A stretch of 62,099 nucleotides of DNA. It comes from Acidimicrobiales bacterium. GTDB taxonomy: Bacteria; Actinomycetota; Acidimicrobiia; Acidimicrobiales; Aldehydirespiratoraceae. The stretch lies in assembly GCA_040263275.1 (NCBI GenBank), contig JBDQKM010000001.1, positions 1-62,099 of the forward strand, written 5' to 3'. The first letter of the stretch is position 1; each line of letters starts with the position of its first letter. Positions 31,145 through 40,477 of the stretch are shown piece by piece. The notes under the pieces are model-generated. The model had not been told where the DNA came from. It made no database searches and saw only the letters and a list, made by a program, of their open reading frames with translations. The translations under genes and the position numbers were made by a program.

Positions 31145-32284
31145 ATGAAGACGCGTGCTGCGGTGCTCTACGGGGCCCATCAGGAATGGCAGGTCGAGGA
31201 GATCGAGCTCGATCCCCCGGGCAAGGGTGAGGTACTGGTCAAGACACACGCCGCCGGCCTCTGTCACTCCGACGAACATCTGGTGACCGGCGACCTCGGC
31301 ACGCCCGACGAGCTCGGCGGGTCGTCGCTGTTCCCGGTGATCGGTGGTCACGAGGGTTCGGGGGTCGTCATCGAGATCGGTGAGGGCGTGACCGACTTCG
31401 AGGTCGGCGACCATGTCGCCGTCTCGTTCGTCCCGGCCTGCGGCAAGTGCCGCTGGTGCGCGTCGGGTCAGCAGAACCTGTGTGACCTGGGCGCCGGCAC
31501 GCTCGGCCCCGGCATGATCAGCGATGGCCGCTGCGGTCATCACGGTCCCGGTGGCAAGGACATCAACACGATGGCGAAGCTCGGCACGTTCGCCGAGCAC
31601 ATGCTCCTGCACCAGGACTCCCTCATCAAGGTCGACAAGGACATCCCCCTGATCCCGGTCGCCCTGGTCAGCTGTGGCGTGGCGACGGGCTACGGCTCGG
31701 CGGTGAACCGCGCCGAGGTGACCGCGGGCGACACCGTCGTGGTGGTCGGCTGTGGAGGTATCGGCGCCAACGCGCTCCAGGGAGCCAAGGCGGCCGGCGC
31801 GAAGAATGTCGTCGCCGTCGATCTCTCCGAGTTCAAGCGCGAGAAGGCCGCCGAGTTCGGCGCCACCCACACCGCGGCCTCCATGGAGGAGGCGATGGAA
31901 CTCGTCGGCGGGCTCACCGAGGGCGTGATGGCCGACAGCGTGATCGTCTCGGCCGGCGTCGTCACCGGCGATCTCATCGCCCCGGCCCAGTTCCTGACCC
32001 GCAAGGGCGGCACGATCGTGGTCACCGGCCTCGCGCCGATGATGCAGATGGACGTACAGCTCAACCTGTTCGAGTTCGCGATGATGAACAAGCAGATCAA
32101 GGGCACGATCTTCGGTTCCGACAGCCCGCGGCGAGCAGTGCCTCGCCTGCTGGGTCTGTACCAGGCCGGTCAGTTGAAGCTCGACGAGCTGGTCACCAAG
32201 ACCTACAGCCTCGATCAGATCAACGAGGGCTATCAGGACATGCGCGACGACAAGAACATCCGCGGGGTGCTCGTCTTCGACTAG
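31145..32284 (+). CDS. Zn-dependent alcohol dehydrogenase, NDMA-/mycofactocin-dependent type (Rxyl_3153-like)
   Basis: 379 aa. GLCHSDEH, GGHEGSG, CGKCRWCASGQQNLCD, and GCGGIG. GGAGG SD lies upstream. Confidence 0.88.
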   Translation: MKTRAAVLYGAHQEWQVEEIELDPPGKGEVLVKTHAAGLCHSDEHLVTGDLGTPDELGGSSLFPVIGGHEGSGVVIEIGEGVTDFEVGDHVAVSFVPACGKCRWCASGQQNLCDLGAGTLGPGMISDGRCGHHGPGGKDINTMAKLGTFAEHMLLHQDSLIKVDKDIPLIPVALVSCGVATGYGSAVNRAEVTAGDTVVVVGCGGIGANALQGAKAAGAKNVVAVDLSEFKREKAAEFGATHTAASMEEAMELVGGLTEGVMADSVIVSAGVVTGDLIAPAQFLTRKGGTIVVTGLAPMMQMDVQLNLFEFAMMNKQIKGTIFGSDSPRRAVPRLLGLYQAGQLKLDELVTKTYSLDQINEGYQDMRDDKNIRGVLVFD

Positions 32285-33139
32285 CGATCCGGCCGTTCGG
32301 GGGCGGGGCGACACAGCAGCGTGCTGCCCCCGATGGCCAGGAGCCGGCCATCGTCGCTCCATGTCTCGGAGGCAACGCCGATCAGTCCGCCGTGGGCGAC
32401 CGGAGCTGCGCCCCAACCGAGGAGCCATTCCTCGTCGTTCGCCGGTTGCAGGAACCGGCAGGTCAGTTCGATCGTCGGGGCGACGTAGGCCAACTCGCCG
32501 ATGTGGGCGTTGGTGGCCGCGCCCCAGGCGTCGAGATCGGTGACGATCAGGAGACGGGTGTCGTCGAGCCAAGGCTCGTCGTAGCGGGGACCGTCGACGA
32601 AGCGATACCACCCGGTCTGCTCCGGTTCGGACACGTCGCGGTTGTCCCAGTCGTCGATCCACTCGTTGGGTCGGTGGTCGAGTCGGTCCCAGAACGGGTG
32701 ATGCCAGGTCTCACCCTGGGCGGCGAGGAGGTCCGCCGCGCTGGCGAGGTCCGAGTGATGGGGCACGTCGGGTCGGCCGCGGTCGGTGTGGTGGTCGAGA
32801 CCCGCGTCGGTGTCGGTGCCCCACACCGTGGCTTCGAGCACGGGCCGCCCGTCCTGGATCACCACGACGCGGACACACGTCGCGACGCGGGTGACCCTGA
32901 GCGTCTCGACCCGGATCGAGATCGGGGCGAACGCGGCGGCCGCAAGGAAGTTGGCATTGATCGATGCTGGTCGGGCCCGGCCGCTGTGGGCTCCCGCTGC
33001 CCGCAGGGCGATCGACGCGATGTAGCCGCCCATGGGTCCCCAGATGGCCCACTCCTCCGAGACGGTGGCCCGAGAAGTCGCTGTGGTCGACGGTGCTCGA
33101 ATCGACGACGACCGCCGTGTCGCGTTGCAGATCTGCCAT
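32281..33139 (-). CDS. acyl-CoA thioesterase (double hot-dog, TesB-like); apparent +1 frameshift near the 5' end
   Basis: The C-terminal ~260 aa lie in the 32281..34167 frame (ATVSEEWAIWGPMGGYIASIALRAAG...). The plausible N-terminus MADLQRDTAVVVDSS... starts at the ATG at 33139 in the adjacent frame. TACCTT lies 6 nt upstream of that ATG. Confidence 0.7.
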
Positions 33140-33204
33140 CGCGCGAAGGTAGCCCTCGACATCGACGGCGTCCTCGCCATTTGTCCCACGACTAGCCTCA
33201 CGAC

Positions 33205-34155
33205 GTGAGCGGTCCCCTGGTCGTCGAGGTTCTCCGAGGTACCGAGGTCGAGAGCCGCCACGAGGTCGATGTCGTGGCGGTCGACGAAGTCGGCCGGGTG
33301 CTCTGGTCCCGCGGCGACGGCGCCCGGCCGGTCCTTCCCCGTTCGTCCTTGAAGCCGGTCCAGGCACTCCCGCTGGTTCGCTCCGGCGCGGCCGACGCCC
33401 ACGCGGCCTCGGTGGTGCGGCTCGCCCTGTCGTGCGCCAGCCACGGCGGCGAGCCGGCCCACGTCGCCGAGGTCGACGCCTGGCTGGCCGATCTCGGGTG
33501 CACGGTGGCCGACCTCGAGTGCGGTGCCCACCCGCCCACGCATCGTCCGAGTGCCGATGCGCTGGTGGCCGCCGGGGGGCAACCATCGGCCGTGCACCAC
33601 ACGTGTTCGGGCAAACATGCGGGTTTCCTGTCGGTGTGTCGCCACCTCGGACTCGACCCGTCCGGCTACCGCACGCCGGGTCACCCCCTCCAGGACGCAT
33701 GGGTCACCCCGGCGACCGAGGACGCCTGCGGGATCTCGCTCGCCGGAGCGACTCCGGGCGCCGACGGTTGTGGCATACCGGTGTGGACCATGCCGCTCGA
33801 TCGGTTGGCCGCAGGTTGGGCGTCCCTCGGCGGGCACGACGACGGTCGGCGAATCCTCGCCGCGATGATGGAGGCCCCGTTCATGGTCGGTGGGACCGAC
33901 CGAGCATGCACCCGGATCATGGAGGCGGCCGAGGGGCGAGTCGCCGTCAAGACCGGAGCCGAGGGCGTCTACTGCGGGCTGGCGATCGAGTCGGGCGCCG
34001 CGGTCGCCCTCAAGGTGCGAGACGGAGCGACGCGGGCGAGTGAACCGGCGATCGAGTGGGCGATGGCGGAGTTGGGCGTGGGCCCGCGACCGCGTCCGGA
34101 GATCCTCCGCAACGCCGCCGGCACGACCGTCGGCGAGATCCGTATCGGCGACTGA
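33205..34155 (+). CDS. asparaginase-II-family protein (PF06089-like)
   Basis: 316 aa from the GTG at 33205. RSSLKPVQALP, SCASHGGEP and CSGKHAGFL motifs. Confidence 0.8.
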   Translation: MSGPLVVEVLRGTEVESRHEVDVVAVDEVGRVLWSRGDGARPVLPRSSLKPVQALPLVRSGAADAHAASVVRLALSCASHGGEPAHVAEVDAWLADLGCTVADLECGAHPPTHRPSADALVAAGGQPSAVHHTCSGKHAGFLSVCRHLGLDPSGYRTPGHPLQDAWVTPATEDACGISLAGATPGADGCGIPVWTMPLDRLAAGWASLGGHDDGRRILAAMMEAPFMVGGTDRACTRIMEAAEGRVAVKTGAEGVYCGLAIESGAAVALKVRDGATRASEPAIEWAMAELGVGPRPRPEILRNAAGTTVGEIRIGD

Positions 34156-34258
34156 CACGTCACTCACGCAGACTGCGAACTATCGGAACCCGCACCCGCA
34201 CTGGTACGTTCTGCCGCGTTCACTCTCGCCCGAACAGAAACCTCCGAAGGGGACCGTC

Positions 34259-35371
34259 ATGAAGACCAGAGCTGCCATTCTCCGTGAAGTCGGTGCCGAC
34301 TGGAGTGTCGAGGAGATCGAGCTCGACGATCCGCAGCCCGGCGAGATCCTCGTCAAGACCCTCGCGGCCGGCATGTGCCATTCCGACGAGCACGCCCACG
34401 ACGGCACGATGCCCGTCCCGCTGCCGCTCGTGGGTGGTCACGAAGGCGCCGGCGAGGTCATCGGCCTCGGCGAGGGCGTCACCGAATTCGAGATCGGCGA
34501 CCATGTGTCGTGCTCGTTCATCCCCTCCTGCGGCAAGTGCCGGTGGTGCGCCTCGGGCCAGCAGAACCTCTGCGACCTCGGAATGCACCTGATGGAGCCC
34601 GGGATGATGGCCGGCGGTTTCCGTCACCACAGCGCGGCCGGCGAGGATCTCACCCCGCTCCTCAAGCTCGGCACCTTCGCCGAACACATGATCCTCAGCG
34701 TCGACTCCGCCATCAAGGTGCAGAAGGACGTGCCCGCCGGTCCCGCCGCGCTGGTGAGCTGCGGTGTCACGACCGGATACGGCTCGGCCGTCAACCGGGC
34801 TGGCGTCACCGCCGGCGACACGGTGGTCATCGTCGGTGCCGGTGGCCTCGGCCATGCCGCCATCCAGGGCGCGAAGGTCGCCGGGGCCAAGAACGTCATC
34901 GCCGTCGATCCGTCCGAGTTCAAGCGCGAGAGCGCCCAGGAGTTCGGCGCCACGCACGCGGCCGAGTCCATGGAGGAAGCGATGGCGCTCGTCGGCGGCA
35001 TCACCGAGGGCGTGATGGCCGACAGTGTCATCCTCACCCCGGGTGTCCTCACCGGCGACATGATCGCTCCGGCCCAGTTCCTCACCCGCAAGGGCGGCAC
35101 CATCGTTGCGACGGCGGTGGCCAACGCGATGGCGATGGACGTCCAGCTCAACCTCTTCGAGTTCGCCATGATGAACAAGGAACTCAAGGGTTGCCTCTTC
35201 GGCTCGGCCGCTCCCCGCAAGGAGATCCCGCATCTCCTGTCCATGTACCAGGCCGGTCAGCTCAAGCTCGACGAGATGATCACCAACACCTACACGCTCG
35301 ATCAGGTGAACGAGGGCTACGCCGACATGCTCGCGAACAAGAACGTTCGCGGCGTGATCATGTTCGACTGA
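34259..35371 (+). CDS. Zn-dependent alcohol dehydrogenase, NDMA-/mycofactocin-dependent type (paralog of 31145..32284)
   Basis: 370 aa from the ATG at 34259 (MKTRAAILREVGADWSVEEIELD...). Same CGKCRWCASGQQNLCD block as the first ADH, and roughly two-thirds identical to it by eye. Confidence 0.88.
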   Translation: MKTRAAILREVGADWSVEEIELDDPQPGEILVKTLAAGMCHSDEHAHDGTMPVPLPLVGGHEGAGEVIGLGEGVTEFEIGDHVSCSFIPSCGKCRWCASGQQNLCDLGMHLMEPGMMAGGFRHHSAAGEDLTPLLKLGTFAEHMILSVDSAIKVQKDVPAGPAALVSCGVTTGYGSAVNRAGVTAGDTVVIVGAGGLGHAAIQGAKVAGAKNVIAVDPSEFKRESAQEFGATHAAESMEEAMALVGGITEGVMADSVILTPGVLTGDMIAPAQFLTRKGGTIVATAVANAMAMDVQLNLFEFAMMNKELKGCLFGSAAPRKEIPHLLSMYQAGQLKLDEMITNTYTLDQVNEGYADMLANKNVRGVIMFD

Positions 35372-35393
35372 TCCGGACGAGGGCCGACAACCA

Positions 35394-36323
35394 ATGAGTT
35401 CACTCGACGACGCCGCGGTGCTCGACGCGCTCGACGACGCGCTGGTCGGTCGTCGTCGCGAACTCGAACTGCTCGTCGCCGCCCTTGCGGCGGACCGCCA
35501 CGTACTCCTCGAGGGGCCACCCGGCACCGGCAAGTCGACCATGCTGCGCGAGGTCGCCAATGCGGCGGGGACGGGCTTCGTCTTCGTGGAGGGCAATGCC
35601 GAACTCACCCCGGCGCGACTGGCCGGCCAGTTCGACCCGGCCCGGGTGCTCGAGGAGGGCTATGTGCCCGACGTGTTCGTCGACGGTCCGCTGGTCGAGG
35701 CGTTGCGGGCAGGTTCCCTGCTCTACGTGGAGGAGCTCAACCGTGTCCCAGAGGAGACGGTGAACCTCCTGATCTCGGTGATGTCGGAAGGAGAGTTGCA
35801 TCTCCCCCGCATCGGTCGCATCGCGGCGGCCCCCGGATTCCGACTCGTCGCGGCCATGAACCCCTTCGACAATGTCGGCACGGCCCGCGTGTCCGGTGCG
35901 GTCTACGACCGGATGTGTCGTATCGCGATGGGCTACCAGAGCCGTGACGACGAGGCCGACATCGTCGGTCGGCGGGCCTGCCAGTCCGGTGACCTCATCC
36001 TGGTGCGCGCCGTGCTGGTCACCCGGGGCACGCGCAACCACAGCGACATCCGGGTCGGCTCGTCGGTTCGCGGCGCGATCGACCTCGTGGAGGTCGCGAC
36101 GCAGCTCGCCGGGATCCGCGGTGTCGACGTGACCGACCCCGAGGTCGGCCTCGATGCGGCGCTCGTCGCACTCTCGGGACGGATCCGGCTCCACGAGGGT
36201 GGCGACACCGACCCCGAGGACGTGATCCGCGATCTATGGAACCAGGTCCTCGCCGCGGAGAACCCCGAGCCCTCCCTCACCGACCAGGAACGCGACGATC
36301 AGGGAAAAGTGGGAGCCCCCTAG
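35394..36323 (+). CDS. MoxR-like AAA+ ATPase
   Basis: 309 aa. Walker A LLEGPPGTGKST, Walker B LLYVEELNR, and AAMNP. Confidence 0.9.
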   Translation: MSSLDDAAVLDALDDALVGRRRELELLVAALAADRHVLLEGPPGTGKSTMLREVANAAGTGFVFVEGNAELTPARLAGQFDPARVLEEGYVPDVFVDGPLVEALRAGSLLYVEELNRVPEETVNLLISVMSEGELHLPRIGRIAAAPGFRLVAAMNPFDNVGTARVSGAVYDRMCRIAMGYQSRDDEADIVGRRACQSGDLILVRAVLVTRGTRNHSDIRVGSSVRGAIDLVEVATQLAGIRGVDVTDPEVGLDAALVALSGRIRLHEGGDTDPEDVIRDLWNQVLAAENPEPSLTDQERDDQGKVGAP

Positions 36324-37267
36324 GGGGCGACCCGGGCGCGCCGCTCACCCTCGAGGGCGATGATGCCCAGGAGGCCCTGGCCGAGGAGAACCGCCGGACC
36401 ACGCCCCGCGAGCAGCTGCGCCGTGACCCGGCGTTCGACGACGTCTCGCCCGATGTCGGTGAGATCGATGAGCAGGCGCTGGCCCAACTGGTCGAGGAGG
36501 ACGCCGACCACGCCCTGTCGCTGCTGGCCGAGATGACCGCTGCCACCGACCCCACGCTGGCCTCGCTCGCCGCCCGACTGGCCGGGCGCCTGCTGCTCGA
36601 CGTCGCTCGGGTCGGCCCGTCCGAGAGTCGCGGGATCGGTCGGCTGGTGACCGGCGCGGCCGACCGGTTCGACGGCGACCTCGACGTCGACGCGAGCCTC
36701 GACGCCCTCCTCGATGCCCGGGCCGGTGGGCGGTCGCTGGTCGCCGACGAACTTCGCGTCCGTCACTGGACCAAGCCCGCCATGGCGCTGTCGTTGCTGG
36801 TCGACCGCAGTGGCTCGATGAGTGGTGATCGGCTGGCGACGGCGGCAGTGGCCGCGGCGGCATGTTCCTGGCGTGCGCCCTCCGACTGGTCGGTGCTGGC
36901 GTTCTCCGACCGGCAACTCGCGCTCAAGGCCCAGGACGACGAGCGCGCCGCCGCAGTCGTGGTCGACGACCTGCTTCGGCTCCGCGGTCGAGGGACGACC
37001 GACCTCGACGCGGCCTTGCGCAGTTCCGCTCGGCAACTCGAGCGGTCGAGAGCAAAGCGCCGCGTCACGATCCTGCTGTCGGACTGTCGGGCCACCGCCG
37101 GTGTCGATCCGGTGCGCTCGGCGCGCGGCCTCGACGAGCTCTGTGTGATCGCGCCGGCCGATGATGCGGATGACGCGAGGGAGTTCGCCCGCTCGGTCGG
37201 CGCGACGTTCGCCTCGGTGAAGTCGGCGCTCGAGATCCCCGCGGCCCTGGCCGCGGTCCTCGCCTGA
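36236..37267 (+). CDS. VWA-domain protein (MoxR partner)
   Basis: MIDAS motif LLVDRSGSMSG. The only canonical in-frame start is the ATG at 36236, which overlaps moxR by 88 nt, so the true start is uncertain. Confidence 0.7.
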   Translation: MEPGPRRGEPRALPHRPGTRRSGKSGSPLGGDPGAPLTLEGDDAQEALAEENRRTTPREQLRRDPAFDDVSPDVGEIDEQALAQLVEEDADHALSLLAEMTAATDPTLASLAARLAGRLLLDVARVGPSESRGIGRLVTGAADRFDGDLDVDASLDALLDARAGGRSLVADELRVRHWTKPAMALSLLVDRSGSMSGDRLATAAVAAAACSWRAPSDWSVLAFSDRQLALKAQDDERAAAVVVDDLLRLRGRGTTDLDAALRSSARQLERSRAKRRVTILLSDCRATAGVDPVRSARGLDELCVIAPADDADDAREFARSVGATFASVKSALEIPAALAAVLA

Positions 37268-37287
37268 ATCTCGTTTCCGAACCCGGG

Positions 37288-38997
37288 CTAGCGAGGGTCG
37301 GCCTGGGGTCCGCGGACCAGCCGGCCGGGATGTTCGCCGGTGAACTCGTCGTCGACGACGGTGACGGTGCCCCGACACACGGTTGCGCCGTAGCCGTGGG
37401 CTCGCTGCACATAGCGGTTGGCGCCGGTCGGCAGATCGCCGACGAGGTGGGGGAGTTCGACGCCGAGTCCGTCGACGTCGATCACGTTGACGTCGCCTCG
37501 GTAGCCCGGCGCGATCAGCCCGCGGTCGCGGAGTCCGTAGAGTTCCGCGGTCTGGCGGGTCTGGCGGTGGACAACCCATTCGAGCGGCATGTGGGCGCCC
37601 CGCTCCCGATCACGGGCCCAGAACTGCAGCATGAACGTGGGCATGCCGCCGTCGGCGATGGTGCCGCAGTGGGCGCCCGCGTCGGCGAGGCCCATGCGGG
37701 TGTGGGGATGCTGATGGAGCTCCCAGAGATGGTCGAGGTTGTGGTTGCTGTAGTTGAACAGGGGGAAGTAGAGGAGGCCGCGCCCGTCCTCGGTCATCAG
37801 GTGGTCGTAGGCGATCTCTGCCGGTGTCCGAGTGTCATGCGCGGCGAGGGGGCCGCACGCGGCCGCCGGGTCTGGCTCGTAGTCGGCTTCGCCCGCGAAG
37901 GGGTAGAGCTTGTCCCACGTCCGGGTGACCGACGTGATGAAGTCGCTCCACACGGCGGGGGCCTCGGTGGTGAGCGCCGAGCGCACGTCGTCGCGGCGCA
38001 GGTGGGCGAGACGCTCCTCCTCCGGCAGCTGACCGATCAGGCCCCACGTGGGGCACAGCATGAAGGGATTCACCGTCGCGGACCACGACTCGAGGATGCC
38101 CACCGGGCGGCCCGAGACCTGTGCCAGGACGTTGAGCCCGTCGGCCTGGGCCTCGTCGAGCAGACGCAGGTCCTCCCGCCAGAGGTCGGGCGCGTAGTCG
38201 GGTTGGTTCAGGTTGAAGACCACCGGTTGACCGGTGACCCCGGCGACCGCGCGCATCCATCCGAACGACTCCGGGACGTCGGCGTGGTGGGACGCGGTCT
38301 GGAAGACGCCGTGGCCGACCCGCTTGATCGCGTCGGCGATCGCGAGGAGTTCGGTGTCGGTCGCGAACGTGCCGGGGACCAATTCGCCGTCGACCGACTT
38401 GTGCAGCGGGGTCCGTGAGGTCGAGAACCCGAGGGCGCCGACCTCGAGCGCCTCCTGCACCAGCATCGCCATGCGGTCGATGTCGTCGTCGCCCGCGTCG
38501 CCGAGTGCCCGCTCGCCCATCACGTAGGCACGAAGGGCGCCGTGGGGGATCTGGGCGCCGAGGTCGAGCACCCAGGAGCGTTGCTGCAATTCGTCGAGGT
38601 ACTCGGGAAAGGTCTCCCAACCCCACTGGATGCCGTCGGTGAGGGCCGCGCCGGGGATGTCCTCGACCCCTTCCATGAGCTCGATGAGCCAGTCGCGGCG
38701 GGCGGGCTCGACCGGCGCGAAGCCGACGCCACAGTTGCCCATGACCACAGAGGTGACGCCGTGCCATCCGGACGGGGTCAGCTCGGGATCCCACGTGGCC
38801 TGCGCGTCGTAGTGCGTGTGGGTGTCGACGAACCCCGGCGTGACCACGCGGCCCTCGGCGTCGATCTCGCGGTGGCCGGCACCGATGTCGGTGCCGACCG
38901 CCACGATCGTCTCGCCGTCGATGGCGATGTCGCCGGGAGTGGCGGGAGTGCCGGACCCGTCGATGATCCGACCGTTGCGAATGACGAGATCGTGCAT
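37288..38997 (-). CDS. N-acyl-D-amino-acid deacylase (D-aminoacylase) family amidohydrolase
   Basis: 569 aa from the ATG at 38997 (MHDLVIRNGRIIDGSGTPATPGDIAIDGETIVAVG...PGFVDTHTHYD...). The upstream part of the track ORF is antisense to mftF. Confidence 0.85.
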   Translation of the reverse strand: MHDLVIRNGRIIDGSGTPATPGDIAIDGETIVAVGTDIGAGHREIDAEGRVVTPGFVDTHTHYDAQATWDPELTPSGWHGVTSVVMGNCGVGFAPVEPARRDWLIELMEGVEDIPGAALTDGIQWGWETFPEYLDELQQRSWVLDLGAQIPHGALRAYVMGERALGDAGDDDIDRMAMLVQEALEVGALGFSTSRTPLHKSVDGELVPGTFATDTELLAIADAIKRVGHGVFQTASHHADVPESFGWMRAVAGVTGQPVVFNLNQPDYAPDLWREDLRLLDEAQADGLNVLAQVSGRPVGILESWSATVNPFMLCPTWGLIGQLPEEERLAHLRRDDVRSALTTEAPAVWSDFITSVTRTWDKLYPFAGEADYEPDPAAACGPLAAHDTRTPAEIAYDHLMTEDGRGLLYFPLFNYSNHNLDHLWELHQHPHTRMGLADAGAHCGTIADGGMPTFMLQFWARDRERGAHMPLEWVVHRQTRQTAELYGLRDRGLIAPGYRGDVNVIDVDGLGVELPHLVGDLPTGANRYVQRAHGYGATVCRGTVTVVDDEFTGEHPGRLVRGPQADPR

Positions 38998-39037
38998 GGC
39001 CCGAGCGTAGGCGGTGACCGGGGGTACCGTCCTGTGC

Positions 39038-40477
39038 ATGGCCGACCTGCTGCCGCCGTCGGGCATCCGCCTCGTGGCCGACGAAGGGCTGCGTCGACTC
39101 GACGAGGGGCGAGTGCTCGTGGGCGGTTCTCCTCTGCGCATCGTCACGTTGTCCGAGGCCGGCGCGGCCGTGGTCGAGGCCTGGGTCGGCGGGCGTCCGC
39201 TCGCCGCGGTGCGATCGGCGAGAGTCCTGGCTCGTCGGCTGCTCGACGCCGGCATGCTCCACCCGGTCGTCACGCCGGTCGACACCCCGGTGCCGGTCAC
39301 GGTCGTCGTGCCGGTGAAGGACGACGCCGACGGTCTCGCTCGGCTGTTGCCGACGATCGGCAGCCCGACGGTGATCACGACCGTGGTGGTCGACGACGGG
39401 TCGGGTGATGCCGACGCGATCGCCCGCGTCGCCCGAGCCCATGGCGCGACCCTCGAGCGTCGTGAGACGAGCGGTGGCCCAGGGGTGGCCCGCATGACCG
39501 GTCTCGATCGGGTCGAGACCGCGCTCGTCGCGTTCGTCGATGCCGACGTCGAGTTGCCCCTGGGCTGGTGGACCGCGCTCTCGCCCCACTTCGACGACCC
39601 GGCGGTGGTCGCCGTCGCCCCGCGCGTCGCCAGCGCCCCCGGTCCCTCCCTCCGCGAGCGCTACGAGGCGGTTCACTCGCCGCTCGACCTCGGCGCCTCG
39701 CCCGCATCGGTGGCGCCCCGACGGCGGATGGCCTACGTGCCGAGCGCCGTGTTGACGGCCCGCGTCGATGCCGTCCGCGCGGCGGGAGGCTTCGACCCCG
39801 ACCTGCGCACGGGAGAAGACGTCGATCTGGTGTGGCGGCTGGCCGACCGAGGGGGGACGGTGCGCTACGCACCAGAAGTCCGAGCGCAGCACCGACCCCG
39901 TGGATCGTGGTTGGCAATGGTTCGACAACGTGTGGACTACGGGGCGTCGGCTGCCGCCCTCGCCGAGCGGCACGGCGCGGCGGTCGCGCCGGCGCGGTGT
40001 TCCCGTTGGAGTCTGGGCGCCTGGGGCCTCGTCGCCCTCGGCCGACCCCTGTCGGGCCTGGCCGTGGCTGCCGGTTCCACGGCGGCGCTGGCCCGTCGAC
40101 TGTCCGGTCTTCCCGGTGGCCGTCGTGAGGCGTTGCGAATCGCCGGGTGGGGCAATCTCCACGCGGGAACCGGTCTGGCTCGCGCGGTGTCGCGGGTGTG
40201 GTGGCCGGTCGCGTTGCCGCTGGCCCGGTTTCGGCCCCTCCGCCGTGCGGTGATCGGCGCGATGGTCCTCCCCGCGGCGGCGGGGTGGGTCCGTGGGCTC
40301 AGACCGGCCGGTCCCGTTCGATCCGTTGCGCTGCGAATCGCCGACGACATGGCCTACGGCATCGGCGTCTGGCGGGGTGTCGTCAGCCGGCGAGACCCCC
40401 GTGCCCTGCTGCCGGAGTTGACCGAGTGGCCGGGCGGGCGCGGGCCCGTCGAGACCGATACGGTCGCGACGCGATGA
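39038..40477 (+). CDS. mftF: mycofactocin glycosyltransferase MftF (GT2)
   Basis: N-terminal mft-specific domain, then a GT2 core (VTVVVPVKDD...VVVDDGSGD...AFVDADV...GEDVDLVWRL), then C-terminal TM segments. The ATG at 39038 is preferred because TACCGT lies 7 nt upstream; the track GTG at 39014 is the alternative. Confidence 0.85.
   Translation: MADLLPPSGIRLVADEGLRRLDEGRVLVGGSPLRIVTLSEAGAAVVEAWVGGRPLAAVRSARVLARRLLDAGMLHPVVTPVDTPVPVTVVVPVKDDADGLARLLPTIGSPTVITTVVVDDGSGDADAIARVARAHGATLERRETSGGPGVARMTGLDRVETALVAFVDADVELPLGWWTALSPHFDDPAVVAVAPRVASAPGPSLRERYEAVHSPLDLGASPASVAPRRRMAYVPSAVLTARVDAVRAAGGFDPDLRTGEDVDLVWRLADRGGTVRYAPEVRAQHRPRGSWLAMVRQRVDYGASAAALAERHGAAVAPARCSRWSLGAWGLVALGRPLSGLAVAAGSTAALARRLSGLPGGRREALRIAGWGNLHAGTGLARAVSRVWWPVALPLARFRPLRRAVIGAMVLPAAAGWVRGLRPAGPVRSVALRIADDMAYGIGVWRGVVSRRDPRALLPELTEWPGGRGPVETDTVATR

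Noticed and set aside
36236-36323. The 88-nt overlap between moxR and the VWA gene as a genuine overlap or programmed frameshift
   Set aside because: No slippery sequence is evident. A non-canonical or misassigned start for the VWA gene is more likely. It is reported only as start uncertainty.
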